Shown piece by piece: positions 1 through 8,713 of a stretch of DNA of 46,931 bases. The notes under the pieces are model-generated. The model ran no database searches. It saw only the letters and a list, made by a program, of their open reading frames with translations, and was not told the DNA's origin. Location: assembly GCA_964566375.1 (NCBI GenBank), contig CAZMKX010000001.1, positions 1 through 46,931 of the forward strand, in the 5' to 3' direction. Source of the stretch: an uncultured Myxococcales bacterium (GTDB lineage Bacteria > Myxococcota_A > UBA9160 > SZUA-336). The position numbers were made by a program, and so were the translations under genes. Position 1 is the first letter of the stretch. Each line of letters starts with the position of its first letter.

Positions 1-55
1 AGGTTGTTGAAGAACTTCTTCGCGCTCTTGAACCCGTCGTCGAACGCGTCGACGA
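1..55. repeat. Terminal direct repeat, copy 1 (circular-assembly overlap)
   Basis: aggttgttgaagaacttcttcgcgctcttgaacccgtcgtcgaacgcgtcgacga is identical to 46877..46931. Confidence 0.95.
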
Positions 56-1766
56 TCGCGTCCGCGAGCGCATCCTGGATCCCCTCGATCGCGTTGCGGA
101 TCGGCTCGAACTGGAGACGCGCGTTTTCCTTGGCCTGGCGCTCGCGCTCGCGCTCCGCAGCCTGCGCAGCCCGCTCGGACTCGCGCTCCGCGGCGGTCGT
201 CGCCGCCGTCGCCGCCTTCTGCGCGGCCTCCTGATCCCAGAGCACGCCGGTCAGGTCGAAGATCGCCTGCTGCTGATCGATCGTCGCCTGCGTCCCGCCC
301 TTGAGCGCGGCCTCCTGCTGGGCGATCGCAGCCGTGATCTGCGCGCGCGTGCGCTCGTCGAGCGCCCCCAGCGCGATCTGGCGCTTCGTGTCTTCGAGCT
401 GCTGGCCGATCGCTTCCTGCGCCTTCGCGGCGGCCTCTGAAAGTGCGGAGACGGAGGTCGCGGCGTGGTCGGCTGCGGAGCCCGTGCGAGTGAACGCGGT
501 GTCTCCGGTCTCGCCGGCCTTCGCCAGCTCGGCCTCGAGCTGAAGCACCGACGCTCGCAGCGCCGCGAGCTTCTGCGCCCGCTCCCGGTCTGCCTCGCGG
601 AGCTCCGGAACCTGCGACCGCGCTGCCGGACTGAGGAAGCTGTCCTTCTGCCTGGCGAGCTCGGCGGCGCGCTCTTTCTCGAGCATGGCCTTAGCGGCCG
701 AAAGCTGCGCTTCTGCGTTCGCGCGCGCGATCGGGATGCCGGCGCCCTGCGCCTCGTTCAGCTCGCGGGTCGCAGTCGCCGCTGCGGCCGTCGCATCGCG
801 AAGCAAGTCCGCCTGGGTCGCTGAGGCGATGAACGCGCCGCCGAGGGCGCCCGGGATGCCGGCAAGGCGGAAGCCGATGAGCGCCGCTAGGACAACGCGC
901 AGTTTCTCGGTGTTCGTCGCGGCCCACGCGGCGGCCTGAGCCACCTTGATGAGAGCGTCGGTGAGATTCGAGCCGAGCTGATCGATGCTCTGGCGCACAC
1001 CGGGGTCTTCAAGCGCCGAGATCAGTTTCTCGACTTCCGCGCGCACGCCGAGTAGCGCGTCCTGCTCGAGCAGATCGCCGGCGACGTTCTTCAGCGCCTC
1101 GAGCGACCCGCCGAGCGTGTTCCTGGCGGCGACCGCCGCGCCCTTGTAGCGGGCCTCGAGCTCGTCGAGCAGCAGCGACTGTGCCTCGACGATCCGGCCC
1201 TGCTCGGCCAGCGACTTGATCGTCGCCTTCGTCGACTCGCTGAGCGAGATGCCCGCACGGCCGAGCATCGACATGCCCTTGACGGGGTTGTCGAGTGCAC
1301 GCCCGAGCGTGCGCGCGGCCTCGCTCGCGTTGCGGCCGGTGAAGGCCGCGAAGTCGAGGATCGCCCGAGAGGCACGCGGCAGAACCTGCTCGCTGATGTT
1401 CTGGAACGGGAGAAGAGATGCGACGAGCGAGGAAACCGCTTCGTCGGAGAACGTCGTGACACGTTGCATGTCCGACGCGAACGCCTGAACTTCGGCGCTC
1501 GAAAGCCGCGCAGCGCGACCCGTGGTGGTGATCGCCTGCGCAAGCCGGATGGAGACGCGCTCGGCCTCGAGCGTCTCCCGAATGATTCCGCGACCGACGA
1601 GACCGATGCCGATCGTGGTCGCCGCGGCCGCGGCCGTGCTGGCGACGCCAGCGATCCGCTTCGAGGCCTGCGACACGCGGCGCTCGACCGAACGCAGCTG
1701 CGTCTGGAACTGCTTGTCGTCGAGCCCGAGGATCGCGCGCAGACGCGCAACCACAGCGTCCGCCAT
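1..1766 (-). CDS. Tail tape measure protein, N-terminal part (continues at 46876 across the contig junction)
   Basis: Absent from the ORF track because it runs off the window start. ATG at 1766 preceded by GGAGGG. Hand translation: MADAVVARLRAILGLDDKQF...TTFSDEAVSSLVASLLPFQNISEQ...GRALDNPVKGMSMLGRAGISLSESTKATIKSLAEQG..., a typical tape-measure core, followed by Ala/Gln/Glu-rich coiled coil. The frame joins 44884..46931 exactly (1252 codons in total). Confidence 0.85.
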   Translation of the reverse strand, partial: MADAVVARLRAILGLDDKQFQTQLRSVERRVSQASKRIAGVASTAAAAATTIGIGLVGRGIIRETLEAERVSIRLAQAITTTGRAARLSSAEVQAFASDMQRVTTFSDEAVSSLVASLLPFQNISEQVLPRASRAILDFAAFTGRNASEAARTLGRALDNPVKGMSMLGRAGISLSESTKATIKSLAEQGRIVEAQSLLLDELEARYKGAAVAARNTLGGSLEALKNVAGDLLEQDALLGVRAEVEKLISALEDPGVRQSIDQLGSNLTDALIKVAQAAAWAATNTEKLRVVLAALIGFRLAGIPGALGGAFIASATQADLLRDATAAAATATRELNEAQGAGIPIARANAEAQLSAAKAMLEKERAAELARQKDSFLSPAARSQVPELREADRERAQKLAALRASVLQLEAELAKAGETGDTAFTRTGSAADHAATSVSALSEAAAKAQEAIGQQLEDTKRQIALGALDERTRAQITAAIAQQEAALKGGTQATIDQQQAIFDLTGVLWDQEAAQKAATAATTAAERESERAAQAAERERERQAKENARLQFEPIRNAIEGIQDALADAIVDAFDDGFKSAKKFFNN

Positions 1767-1777
1767 CGGCGACCCTC

Positions 1778-2496
1778 CTACTCTGCGGTCGACTCGCCGC
1801 CCAGGAAGCGGCGCAGCAGCATCTCGTCGCGCGCGCCAGCCTCTTCTGGCGTCAGCTCAGGGGTAGGCTCGAAGTCGAGAAGGAAGTCCGAAAGCGACGG
1901 CTGCTCACCTTTGCAGCCGCCCGCCTGCCACGTCACCAGACCCACGCGCCACGCGACGAGCGCCGCGTGGAGATCGCCGCGCTGCTCGCCGAGCGGCTCG
2001 AGCGCGTAGAACGCGATCCACTCGACGATCTCGTCAGCGTCGACCCGAGCGAGCAGGTCTTGAAGAGACGCGAAGCCTAGGTCGCGGCAGAGCCTGCGGA
2101 GGAAGCGTCGGCGAGGGTCTCGCCGGAGCCTTTTCCCGCCTCTTCCACCGCACCCTTCTGGACCGAGGCGTTGAACTCCAGCGCCTGCTCGAACAGATAC
2201 CGGAGGTCCTCGTTCGCGATCGTGCCGAGCTCGTCCATCCCGCTCGACGCCTGGTCGTAGATCGCGGCGCCGTCCTCGTCGCACAGGCACAGCTCGAGCA
2301 GCTTCCGCCGGCTCGCGCGCTCCGTCTCGGGGTTCGAGACGTGCGCATGCCACTCCTCGGCGTCCGCGGCCGTGAGCTTCCGGATCCACACGGGGAAGTC
2401 CCAGCCGGGAACGTCCACCTGCTTCGTCCGGATCCCACTGCGCGTAGCGGCGATCCGCTCACGCAGACTCGGCATCTTCCCGTTGCCCTTCGCCAT
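1778..2496 (-). CDS. Tail assembly chaperone frameshift product (GT-like, -1 shift at 2131..2137)
   Basis: The -1 frame after GGGAAAA reads GKRLRRDPRRRFLRRLCRDLGFASLQDLLARVDADEIVEWIAFYALEP... and stops at TAG 1778, 9 nt before the tape measure ATG. This equals the C-terminal part of track ORF 1778..2389. Confidence 0.7.
2077..2496 (-). CDS. Tail assembly chaperone (G-like)
   Basis: 139 aa, acidic, ATG at 2496 with a GGAGAGGGG SD. Located between the tail tube and tape measure genes and contains a slippery heptamer near its 3-prime end. Confidence 0.8.
   Translation of the reverse strand: MAKGNGKMPSLRERIAATRSGIRTKQVDVPGWDFPVWIRKLTAADAEEWHAHVSNPETERASRRKLLELCLCDEDGAAIYDQASSGMDELGTIANEDLRYLFEQALEFNASVQKGAVEEAGKGSGETLADASSAGSAAT
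2131..2137 (-). promoter_or_regulatory. Programmed -1 ribosomal frameshift slippery heptamer G_GGA_AAA
   Basis: Plus strand ttttccc is GGGAAAA on the coding strand, with zero-frame codons GGA AAA (X_XXY_YYZ pattern). Same sequence class and position as the lambda G/GT site. Confidence 0.7.
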
Positions 2497-2515
2497 TCAG
2501 AGACCCCTCTCCGAC

Positions 2516-2932
2516 CTATGCGTAGGTCGGCGCGCCCGTGCAGCGGATCGTCAGCGTGCTCTTGAACACGCCGCTGACCGGCGCGGTCGGGATGAACCCC
2601 TTCACCCAGCCCGAGAACGTGCAGCTCTTCGTGCCGCTCAGGTACAGGATCTTCCAGTCCTGCGCGGTCTGCGACGCCGAGGACGCCAGCGCGAGCAGAG
2701 CCTGATGCACCGCGTTGCCGGCGACGTAGTTCACCTCGACCGAGATCTCGCCGTAGTCGATGTCTCCGGCCAGGAACTCCTTCGACCCGCTCGGCGAGTC
2801 CTGCGACGTGACGTCGATCTCCTCGCGGTTCGGACCGGGGAACGTGATGTCCCCGCACTCCGGGATCGTCGTGTAGACACCGGAGATCTTGAGCTGAAGA
2901 ACCGAGCCGCGAGAAAGAGCAGCGAGAGACAT
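2516..2932 (-). CDS. Major tail (tube) protein, TP901-1/GTA-like small type
   Basis: 138 aa. ...NREEIDVTSQDSPSGSKEFLAGDIDYGEISVEVNY... resembles the conserved core of roughly 135-aa major tail proteins. Lies immediately upstream of the G/GT chaperone. Confidence 0.8.
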   Translation of the reverse strand: MSLAALSRGSVLQLKISGVYTTIPECGDITFPGPNREEIDVTSQDSPSGSKEFLAGDIDYGEISVEVNYVAGNAVHQALLALASSASQTAQDWKILYLSGTKSCTFSGWVKGFIPTAPVSGVFKSTLTIRCTGAPTYA

Positions 2933-3036
2933 GGTGCCCTCCGATGCGAGATGGGTGAGCGCGCGTGGCTCTGCCGTTCAGGCGGAGCCCGACACTCCCT
3001 TGTGAACTTCGATGGATTGCGGAAAGCGGAGCGCGG

Positions 3037-3543
3037 CTAGGCGCTGGCTCCGATGATGATGATGTCGTACGTGGCCGACGCGCCCGAGGCGTTCGTGATC
3101 GTGATGGTGTCGTCGGTCGTCGCCGTCACGACGTATCCGGTCGCGTCGGGGTTGGTGACCATGAAGATGCCGCCAGGTCGCAGCGTGAGGCCGTCGCCAT
3201 CGGCGAGGAAGATCGACGTGCCGCTGGTCGCGACGCGCGTGACGGTGAGAACCGTCGTGTTCGCGTCTGCGGCCTTGATGATCACCGCCTTCACCCGCGC
3301 GAAAGTGAGCGTGGCGCCGAAGGCATCTGCGAGCGTCGCGACGAGATCGAGGTCCTCGCCCGCGCCAGTCGACAGCGTTCGCTGGTCGTGCCAGATGATG
3401 TCGGACTGGTTCGCGCCGGTGCCGCTCGAAAGCTGGATCAGGTACTCCTTCGACAGCGGGCACAGACGGCTCGCCAGGTCGAGCGTCTCCGTGTACGCCG
3501 CGTTGATCTTCAGGCTGATCGAGGTCTCGAGAGTCTTCGCCAT
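3037..3543 (-). CDS. Hypothetical virion protein (168 aa)
   Basis: ATG at 3543, good GC3 codon pattern, Thr/Ala/Gly-rich beta-type composition. Lies between the neck genes and the tube gene. No family recognised. Confidence 0.65.
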   Translation of the reverse strand: MAKTLETSISLKINAAYTETLDLASRLCPLSKEYLIQLSSGTGANQSDIIWHDQRTLSTGAGEDLDLVATLADAFGATLTFARVKAVIIKAADANTTVLTVTRVATSGTSIFLADGDGLTLRPGGIFMVTNPDATGYVVTATTDDTITITNASGASATYDIIIIGASA

Positions 3544-3550
3544 CTTCCCC

Positions 3551-4000
3551 TCAGGCCGACTCGGGCTGAACGATCAGCACGTCCGGCGTCGTGTTGGTGG
3601 TTGCGAACTCGAACTCGAAGGCGATCAGCGCCGCGAAGTAGTCGCGGTCGCCTGCCCCCGTGCGCGCGTACGTGGCGCCCGCATACCGCCGCTGAAGACC
3701 GATCCCGGTCGCAGCGATCAGCGCCTGCTTGATCTCGATCCCGACCTGGTCGCGCTCAGCCGGCGTCTTCCCGATCGCCGTGAAGCGAACGCGCAGCGCG
3801 TGGAGCTCGAGCCAGGTCCCCTCCTGCGACTCCGCAAGGCGCTGGATCTGGTCCTCGATCGGCTCGACCGCGATCGCCGGCACGCGCGCCCGAGCGAACG
3901 CGTGCGTCGGATCTTCGAAGACGTCAGCGCCCGTCGACGGAAGCCCCGTCACCGCGCCGATCAGCTCGTCGAGGATCTGCCGGACGGCGTCGACGCTCAC
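3551..4000 (-). CDS. Neck/tail-terminator-like protein (DUF3168-like)
   Basis: 149 aa. GTG start overlaps the upstream stop (GTGA). Position and overall pattern fit tail completion proteins; the family call is tentative. Confidence 0.55.
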   Translation of the reverse strand: MSVDAVRQILDELIGAVTGLPSTGADVFEDPTHAFARARVPAIAVEPIEDQIQRLAESQEGTWLELHALRVRFTAIGKTPAERDQVGIEIKQALIAATGIGLQRRYAGATYARTGAGDRDYFAALIAFEFEFATTNTTPDVLIVQPESA

Positions 4001-4302
4001 GAGGCCACGCGCAGGCGCAGCCGCGCCGTGCCGTGGCCGTCCGGGTGGACTTCGACGACGGTGTACTCGCGATTGCGGACGACCACCGTCTTACCCTGCT
4101 CGGCGCGGCCCATCGGAAGATCCGCGAGCACCACCGCACCCACCGGGCCGACACTCTCAACCGAGACGCCGTCAAGCCCGGCTTGAACGAACGCCTCGTC
4201 GAAGATCATCCGGACGCTCGCGCCGTCGTAGAGCGCCGACTCCTCGCAGAAGACGCCCTGCGTCGCTTCCTGCGCGAGGCCCGCGAGCTCGGACCAGTTC
4301 AC
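3997..4302 (-). CDS. Head-tail adaptor/head-closure-like protein
   Basis: 101 aa with a GTG start. C-terminal ...REYTVVEVHPDGHGTARLRL... resembles small head-tail joining proteins. Synteny supports the call. Confidence 0.55.
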   Translation of the reverse strand: MNWSELAGLAQEATQGVFCEESALYDGASVRMIFDEAFVQAGLDGVSVESVGPVGAVVLADLPMGRAEQGKTVVVRNREYTVVEVHPDGHGTARLRLRVAS

Positions 4303-4311
4303 CGTGGCGCG

Positions 4312-4683
4312 CTAGCTGTTCGTCGCGTTCCGAATGCCCTGGACGAGCAGCATGTTCACGGTCGTCTCGCCCGCACCGTTCGTTGTCGAGGAGACCGCTA
4401 TGCCGACTTCCTTCGTCGTGTTCGTCTTGTTCACGACCTTGCCGGAGTCGTCCCAGTAGAGCGCGTCGCCGATGCCGACGGCGAGCGAGCCGGTCTTCGT
4501 GATCTGCACGACGCCGCGCACGCGGAGCTGGCAGTCGACCGCCGCCGAGGTCGACGCGATGTCGTTCTCGGCCACGCCGAACAGGTTGCCGACGAGCACG
4601 CCGCCGCCGGCCGCCACGGAGGCCGAGGTCGAGAACGAAACCGGAATGACGTTCGCAACGTCCTGACGCACGTACTTGGACAT
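4312..4683 (-). CDS. DUF2190-family head decoration-like protein
   Basis: 123 aa. ...AGGGVLVGNLFGVAENDIASTSAAVDCQLRVRGVVQITKTGSLAVGIGDALYWDDSGKVV... matches the DUF2190 pattern recalled from many phage head modules. Confidence 0.75.
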   Translation of the reverse strand: MSKYVRQDVANVIPVSFSTSASVAAGGGVLVGNLFGVAENDIASTSAAVDCQLRVRGVVQITKTGSLAVGIGDALYWDDSGKVVNKTNTTKEVGIAVSSTTNGAGETTVNMLLVQGIRNATNS

Positions 4684-4744
4684 GGTTCCCCCCGAGCGGC
4701 CGCGACTAGCGGCCGGTTAGATGAATCGAGCCTGACTGGTCAGG

Positions 4745-5299
4745 TCACTTGAGCGCGATGAACGTCGCGCAGATGTCCTGGCACGCCTCGCGATAGAACA
4801 CCGAGGCGAACTGCTGGAACTCCTGGTTCCGCAGAACGATGTCCGGATGCAGCCGGTGCCCCCACTGAACCTCGAAGTCGCACGTGTAACAGAAGCACTC
4901 GGCCTGAGTCGCGCACACGCAATTCGCGATGTCCGAATGCGGTGCCTGCGTCTTGCGCCATGCGCGACCGAGGTACAGGAACCAGTGTTCCGACACCGGC
5001 GGCCACTGGTGCGTCAAGTCGCCGTAGGATCGACCGCTCGCCCAATGCGGAACGATGATCTCGGCCGTCGCGCCAGGCTTCAGCACCCGGTAGAGCTCGT
5101 TCGCGAAGTGGATCCGCTCGGGCGCCGTGAGGTGCTCGACGAACTGGTTGCAGTAGACCTCGTCGACCGACGAGTCGTCCCACTTCCACGGATTCCGCAG
5201 GTCGTGAACGACGATGTCCGTGCGCCCGTAGTCGCGCACGTCGACACCGACGAATCCTTCCTTCGGAGTCGGACCGCAGCCGAGATCGAGCTTCACCAC
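4745..5299 (-). CDS. Class I SAM-dependent methyltransferase
   Basis: VVKLDLGCGPTPKEGFVGVDV...VDEVYCNQFVEHL...LYRVLKPGATAEIIVP carries motif I, post-I and the LKPGG-like motif. GTG start overlaps the upstream TGA (GTGGTGA). The N-terminal two thirds of track ORF 4745..5965 is out-of-frame junk. Confidence 0.8.
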   Translation of the reverse strand: MVKLDLGCGPTPKEGFVGVDVRDYGRTDIVVHDLRNPWKWDDSSVDEVYCNQFVEHLTAPERIHFANELYRVLKPGATAEIIVPHWASGRSYGDLTHQWPPVSEHWFLYLGRAWRKTQAPHSDIANCVCATQAECFCYTCDFEVQWGHRLHPDIVLRNQEFQQFASVFYREACQDICATFIALK

Positions 5300-6006
5300 A
5301 CCACCCCATTGCCGTCGATGTGGCCGACCTTCACGTTGCAGTCCACCGCGCAGCGATACCCGAGCTGCCGCGCGTGGTGCCAGAAGTAGAGGTCCTGCGA
5401 CACGAGCGGGAACTTCTCGGTTTTGAACATCGGCGTCGGCATCCGCTGATCCCGGAACATCGAAAGGCGCCAGAGCGCGAACCCCATGCCCGTCGCGCAG
5501 CACTCGACGAGCTCGCCGTTCACCGGCGGCTGCGGCCGCATGTTCGGGATCGGATCCTTCGGATCCCCCCAGATCTGCGGATACCCGCCCGCGCCCTTCT
5601 GGAAATAGAGCCCCGAGATGCAGTGCAGCTCGGGGTGCGCCTCCATCCGCTCGACGAGCTGAAGCACGCCCGTCGGTCGCGGTAGGTTGTCGTGCTCGAT
5701 CGTGAGCATGTATTCCCAGTCGGACAGCGACGGCTCGGCGATGATCCCGCGCACGGCGTTCTCGTATGCCTCGCCGACTTCCATCCCGAGCGCGAGCACG
5801 CGCACGACTGCGTTGTTCGGCGGGAACCCGAGGTTCCAGATCGCGAGAGCCACCTTCGCCGGAATCGATTCGCCGCTCGGGATCACCACGACGATGCGCT
5901 GGCGCTTCCACGTAGCGCCCTCGATCACCCGGCAGCGGCCCTGCTCGAACTGGCCGTTGTGCCACCCGGAAAAATCCTGCACGATCAGTTGCGGGGGGGT
6001 CGACAC
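5293..6006 (-). CDS. Glycosyltransferase (GT-A/family 2-like), soluble
   Basis: RIVVVIPSGESIP... N-terminal strand, a DxD-position motif (YMLTIEHDNLP), and later CATGMGFALWRLSMF. No TM segment. Start is uncertain: GTG 6006 was chosen as the first start after the upstream stop at 6030. Confidence 0.6.
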   Translation of the reverse strand: MSTPPQLIVQDFSGWHNGQFEQGRCRVIEGATWKRQRIVVVIPSGESIPAKVALAIWNLGFPPNNAVVRVLALGMEVGEAYENAVRGIIAEPSLSDWEYMLTIEHDNLPRPTGVLQLVERMEAHPELHCISGLYFQKGAGGYPQIWGDPKDPIPNMRPQPPVNGELVECCATGMGFALWRLSMFRDQRMPTPMFKTEKFPLVSQDLYFWHHARQLGYRCAVDCNVKVGHIDGNGVVW

Positions 6007-6029
6007 TACTCCGTCCGCCTCCGATGAAA

Positions 6030-6644
6030 TCAGCGTGGCTGCGGTAGATTCGCAGGCCTCTTCAAGTGCTTCCAAGACCGACCGCTCTTGATGAACCGGA
6101 TCGCTTGATACCCGACACCGAAACGTCGCGAAACAGAAACGCAACCCTCGCCAGCAGCAAGACGTCGGATGACGCTTCGCGCCTGCGACTCGCTGAGCGT
6201 CGCCATCTTCGAACGCTCTCCGCAGATCAGACGACCATGCTTTCGCCGATCAGCAGCGTTCTGTTTCAAGGTTCCGTAAGCGAGATTCTTCGGACGATTG
6301 TCGAGGCGCTTCCCGTTCAGGTGCCGCAGGACAGCGCCGGACGGCCTCTTGCCGAGAAAGGCAAGCGCAACCAGCGTGTGTACATGAACACGCGATTGCG
6401 CTCTACCTTCCTTGCAGCGCGGATCAGAATCCGGCTTACGGATAGTGCAGTGCATGTAACCGTCCTGGCCGAGATAACAGCGCATCTGGCGCGGCGGACG
6501 TTCCGAGTATGGGATGCGCGACCCCACACTCGGAACGTCAGCACCACGCGATTTCGCGATGTATCTGTTCCAGAACCTTGACGAGTAGAGCAGCCCCCGC
6601 TCGTCCGCCCAGTAACCAGGGAACCCAGGGATTTCTTTTTTCAT
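6030..6644 (-). CDS. Free-standing HNH homing endonuclease (NUMOD4 + HNH_3 + C-terminal HTH)
   Basis: [17 protein letters not shown] (NUMOD4-like), [12 protein letters not shown]...[22 protein letters not shown] (HNH_3-like), [13 protein letters not shown]...[18 protein letters not shown] (HTH). Visibly lower GC than its flanks. Confidence 0.85.
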   Translation of the reverse strand: MKKEIPGFPGYWADERGLLYSSRFWNRYIAKSRGADVPSVGSRIPYSERPPRQMRCYLGQDGYMHCTIRKPDSDPRCKEGRAQSRVHVHTLVALAFLGKRPSGAVLRHLNGKRLDNRPKNLAYGTLKQNAADRRKHGRLICGERSKMATLSESQARSVIRRLAAGEGCVSVSRRFGVGYQAIRFIKSGRSWKHLKRPANLPQPR

Positions 6645-6664
6645 GCCCTGGATTATAGCGGGTG

Positions 6665-8713
6665 TTACGCTCCTGCGTTACAGTAGCCACCCCGCCAGTC
6701 GATGCCGCCCACGTAGAAGTCGAACGCGACCCGGAGCTCGACGCCCTCGACCTCGAAGCCCGAGCGGCTCATCACGCGCGGTCCGGCCGAGCCGGACAGC
6801 GAGCCGTAGGCGAAGTTCGGGAAGAGCGCCGGGTCGGCGAACAGCCACCAGCGGTTGCCCGAGAGGTTCGCGTCGAGGATCGGCTCGATCTTCCCGGCCC
6901 ACGGGTTCTGGCTCGTCGGCGCCGACGGCACGTAGGCCGCCGACGTGTACTGGAACGCCAGTTCCCGCTTGCCCGGAGCGGCGAGCAGGTAGCGCGGCAT
7001 GATGTTCAGCTTGATCCCGTCGCCCAGGTTGTCCGCGCCGATGCCGGTCTGCGACTGCATGAGCGTCGCGCCCACGGTGATGCTCGTCGCCGAGATCGCC
7101 GTGCCGCTCGAGGTGTAGTTCGCGTGACCGCCGGCCGTGGTGAGCGCCGTCGCGTTGAACATCGCGCCGGTGTCGCCGAGCGTCGGGCCGACCGTGCCCA
7201 GCAGGGTGAAGAACGCGGCGTTCTCGAAGTCGGCGATCCGCACGCCGTAGGCCCCGAGGACGCGGCCGAAGGCGTTCAGGTCGTCGTTCACGAGCATCTG
7301 GCGCGAGAACGCGAGGCGCCGGCCGTAGGTGCCGAGCGCGACCGTGTTCTTCTGCTCGGCGAAGTGCCCGAGCTTGATCTCGCCGTTCTCCCCGACCGCA
7401 AGCGGCTGCGGGAAGTCGCCGACGTTCAGGACCGACGCCGACTTGAAGTCGGGCAGGTCCTGCCGGATGCAGAGCTGCCGGTAGGTCGGAACCGCCGCCG
7501 CATAGGCCGGGAGCAGCACCTTGTTGCTGGCGTTCGCCAGCAGGTTCGGGTAGTCGCTCGTCGAGAGCGCGAGCTCGACCACGCGCGAGCGGTCGCGCTG
7601 ATCCACGCCGCGAGCGATGCGCAGGCTGCGGATCGTCTCGTAGGCGAGATCGATGAACCCGAACTGCGCGAACGCGCGCGCCTCGGCGGGCACTTCCTTC
7701 CGCACCGCGCGCGCCGCGAGGGCGACCGCCATGCGCTCGGACTTCGACTCCCAGGAGTCGTGGTCGTCGCCGACCGTGATGCTGCCGCGCGTCGGCGGCT
7801 CGCGCCGCTTGCGCTCCTCGGCGGCGAGCTGCATCAGCGCCTTGATCGGCGTGCCGAGGTTGATGTGCTTCTGGACCCACAGGTCGTCGAGCCCGTAATG
7901 CTCGCCGACCCGCTTCGCCTGCGCCGCGAGCTGCTGGTCGCGCTCGATCTCCTCGTCCACCAGGCGGGCGACCGTGCTCGGCGAATCCGCCGACTTCGGC
8001 TTCGCCTGCGTCTCGGTGTCCTTCGAGTGCAGCTTCACGTCGAAGGCACTCTCCTCGATCTCGACGATCTCGCCGAGCTTGCCGACGTCCTCGATGTCCG
8101 CGAGCAGCCGAACCTTCATGGCTTTCCCCCTGTGCGCGTCGGCATCGGCCGCTGCGCTGAAGTTGATCTGGCACGGAAACTTCTCTGCCGAGTCCGACAG
8201 AGCCTGGGCACCGGGATCGGCACCGACTGCGACGAGGGAGACTTCCATCGGCTCCCAGTCGATCGCGAGGAACTTCTTCGTGCGATCACCCTTCTCGGTG
8301 ATCTCTTTCATCTGGTGGACGACAGCGCCCATCGAGACGTTGCGGATGATCTTCGACTTCACGTCCTCGAAGATCGGGCCGACATCCTCGCGCTCGCTGA
8401 AGCGGACGACGCAGTGCCCCTTGCCAGAGTCGATCCATGCGTTCTCGACGACACCGATCACGTTCGAGAGGTCGTACTGCGCGTGCGAGTTGAGCAGCGG
8501 TGCACCGCTCTTCATCCGGTTCAGCCGAACCGCCTTCGGGTCCATGCTGAAGGCGAGCTCGTAGATCTCGCCGTCCCAGTAGTTGAAGCGAGTGACGAAC
8601 GCGCCCGTATACCAGAGCAGCTCGACGGTCCGCTTCTCGGCGTCAAGGCTCTGAACGTCGACGTTTCCGCTCGCGCGCAGCTTCGGGAGGCTCAGGTCAC
8701 GCTGCTTCGGCAT
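6665..8713 (-). CDS. Prohead protease - major capsid protein fusion
   Basis: ATG 8713 with a GGAGGA SD. The N-terminal roughly 170 aa resemble an HK97-type prohead protease (...APLLNSHA...VIGVVENAW...IIRNVSMG...). A charged linker/scaffold-like segment follows, then a C-terminal roughly 330-aa capsid-like domain ending ...[30 protein letters not shown]. Confidence 0.8.
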   Translation of the reverse strand: MPKQRDLSLPKLRASGNVDVQSLDAEKRTVELLWYTGAFVTRFNYWDGEIYELAFSMDPKAVRLNRMKSGAPLLNSHAQYDLSNVIGVVENAWIDSGKGHCVVRFSEREDVGPIFEDVKSKIIRNVSMGAVVHQMKEITEKGDRTKKFLAIDWEPMEVSLVAVGADPGAQALSDSAEKFPCQINFSAAADADAHRGKAMKVRLLADIEDVGKLGEIVEIEESAFDVKLHSKDTETQAKPKSADSPSTVARLVDEEIERDQQLAAQAKRVGEHYGLDDLWVQKHINLGTPIKALMQLAAEERKRREPPTRGSITVGDDHDSWESKSERMAVALAARAVRKEVPAEARAFAQFGFIDLAYETIRSLRIARGVDQRDRSRVVELALSTSDYPNLLANASNKVLLPAYAAAVPTYRQLCIRQDLPDFKSASVLNVGDFPQPLAVGENGEIKLGHFAEQKNTVALGTYGRRLAFSRQMLVNDDLNAFGRVLGAYGVRIADFENAAFFTLLGTVGPTLGDTGAMFNATALTTAGGHANYTSSGTAISATSITVGATLMQSQTGIGADNLGDGIKLNIMPRYLLAAPGKRELAFQYTSAAYVPSAPTSQNPWAGKIEPILDANLSGNRWWLFADPALFPNFAYGSLSGSAGPRVMSRSGFEVEGVELRVAFDFYVGGIDWRGGYCNAGA

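Noticed and set aside
1091-1750. 219-aa minus-strand ORF listed in the track at the tape measure locus
   Set aside because: It is in the wrong frame. The frame starting at ATG 1766 gives a tape-measure-like sequence with an SD and continues across the contig junction, whereas this one is Arg/Ser-rich junk.
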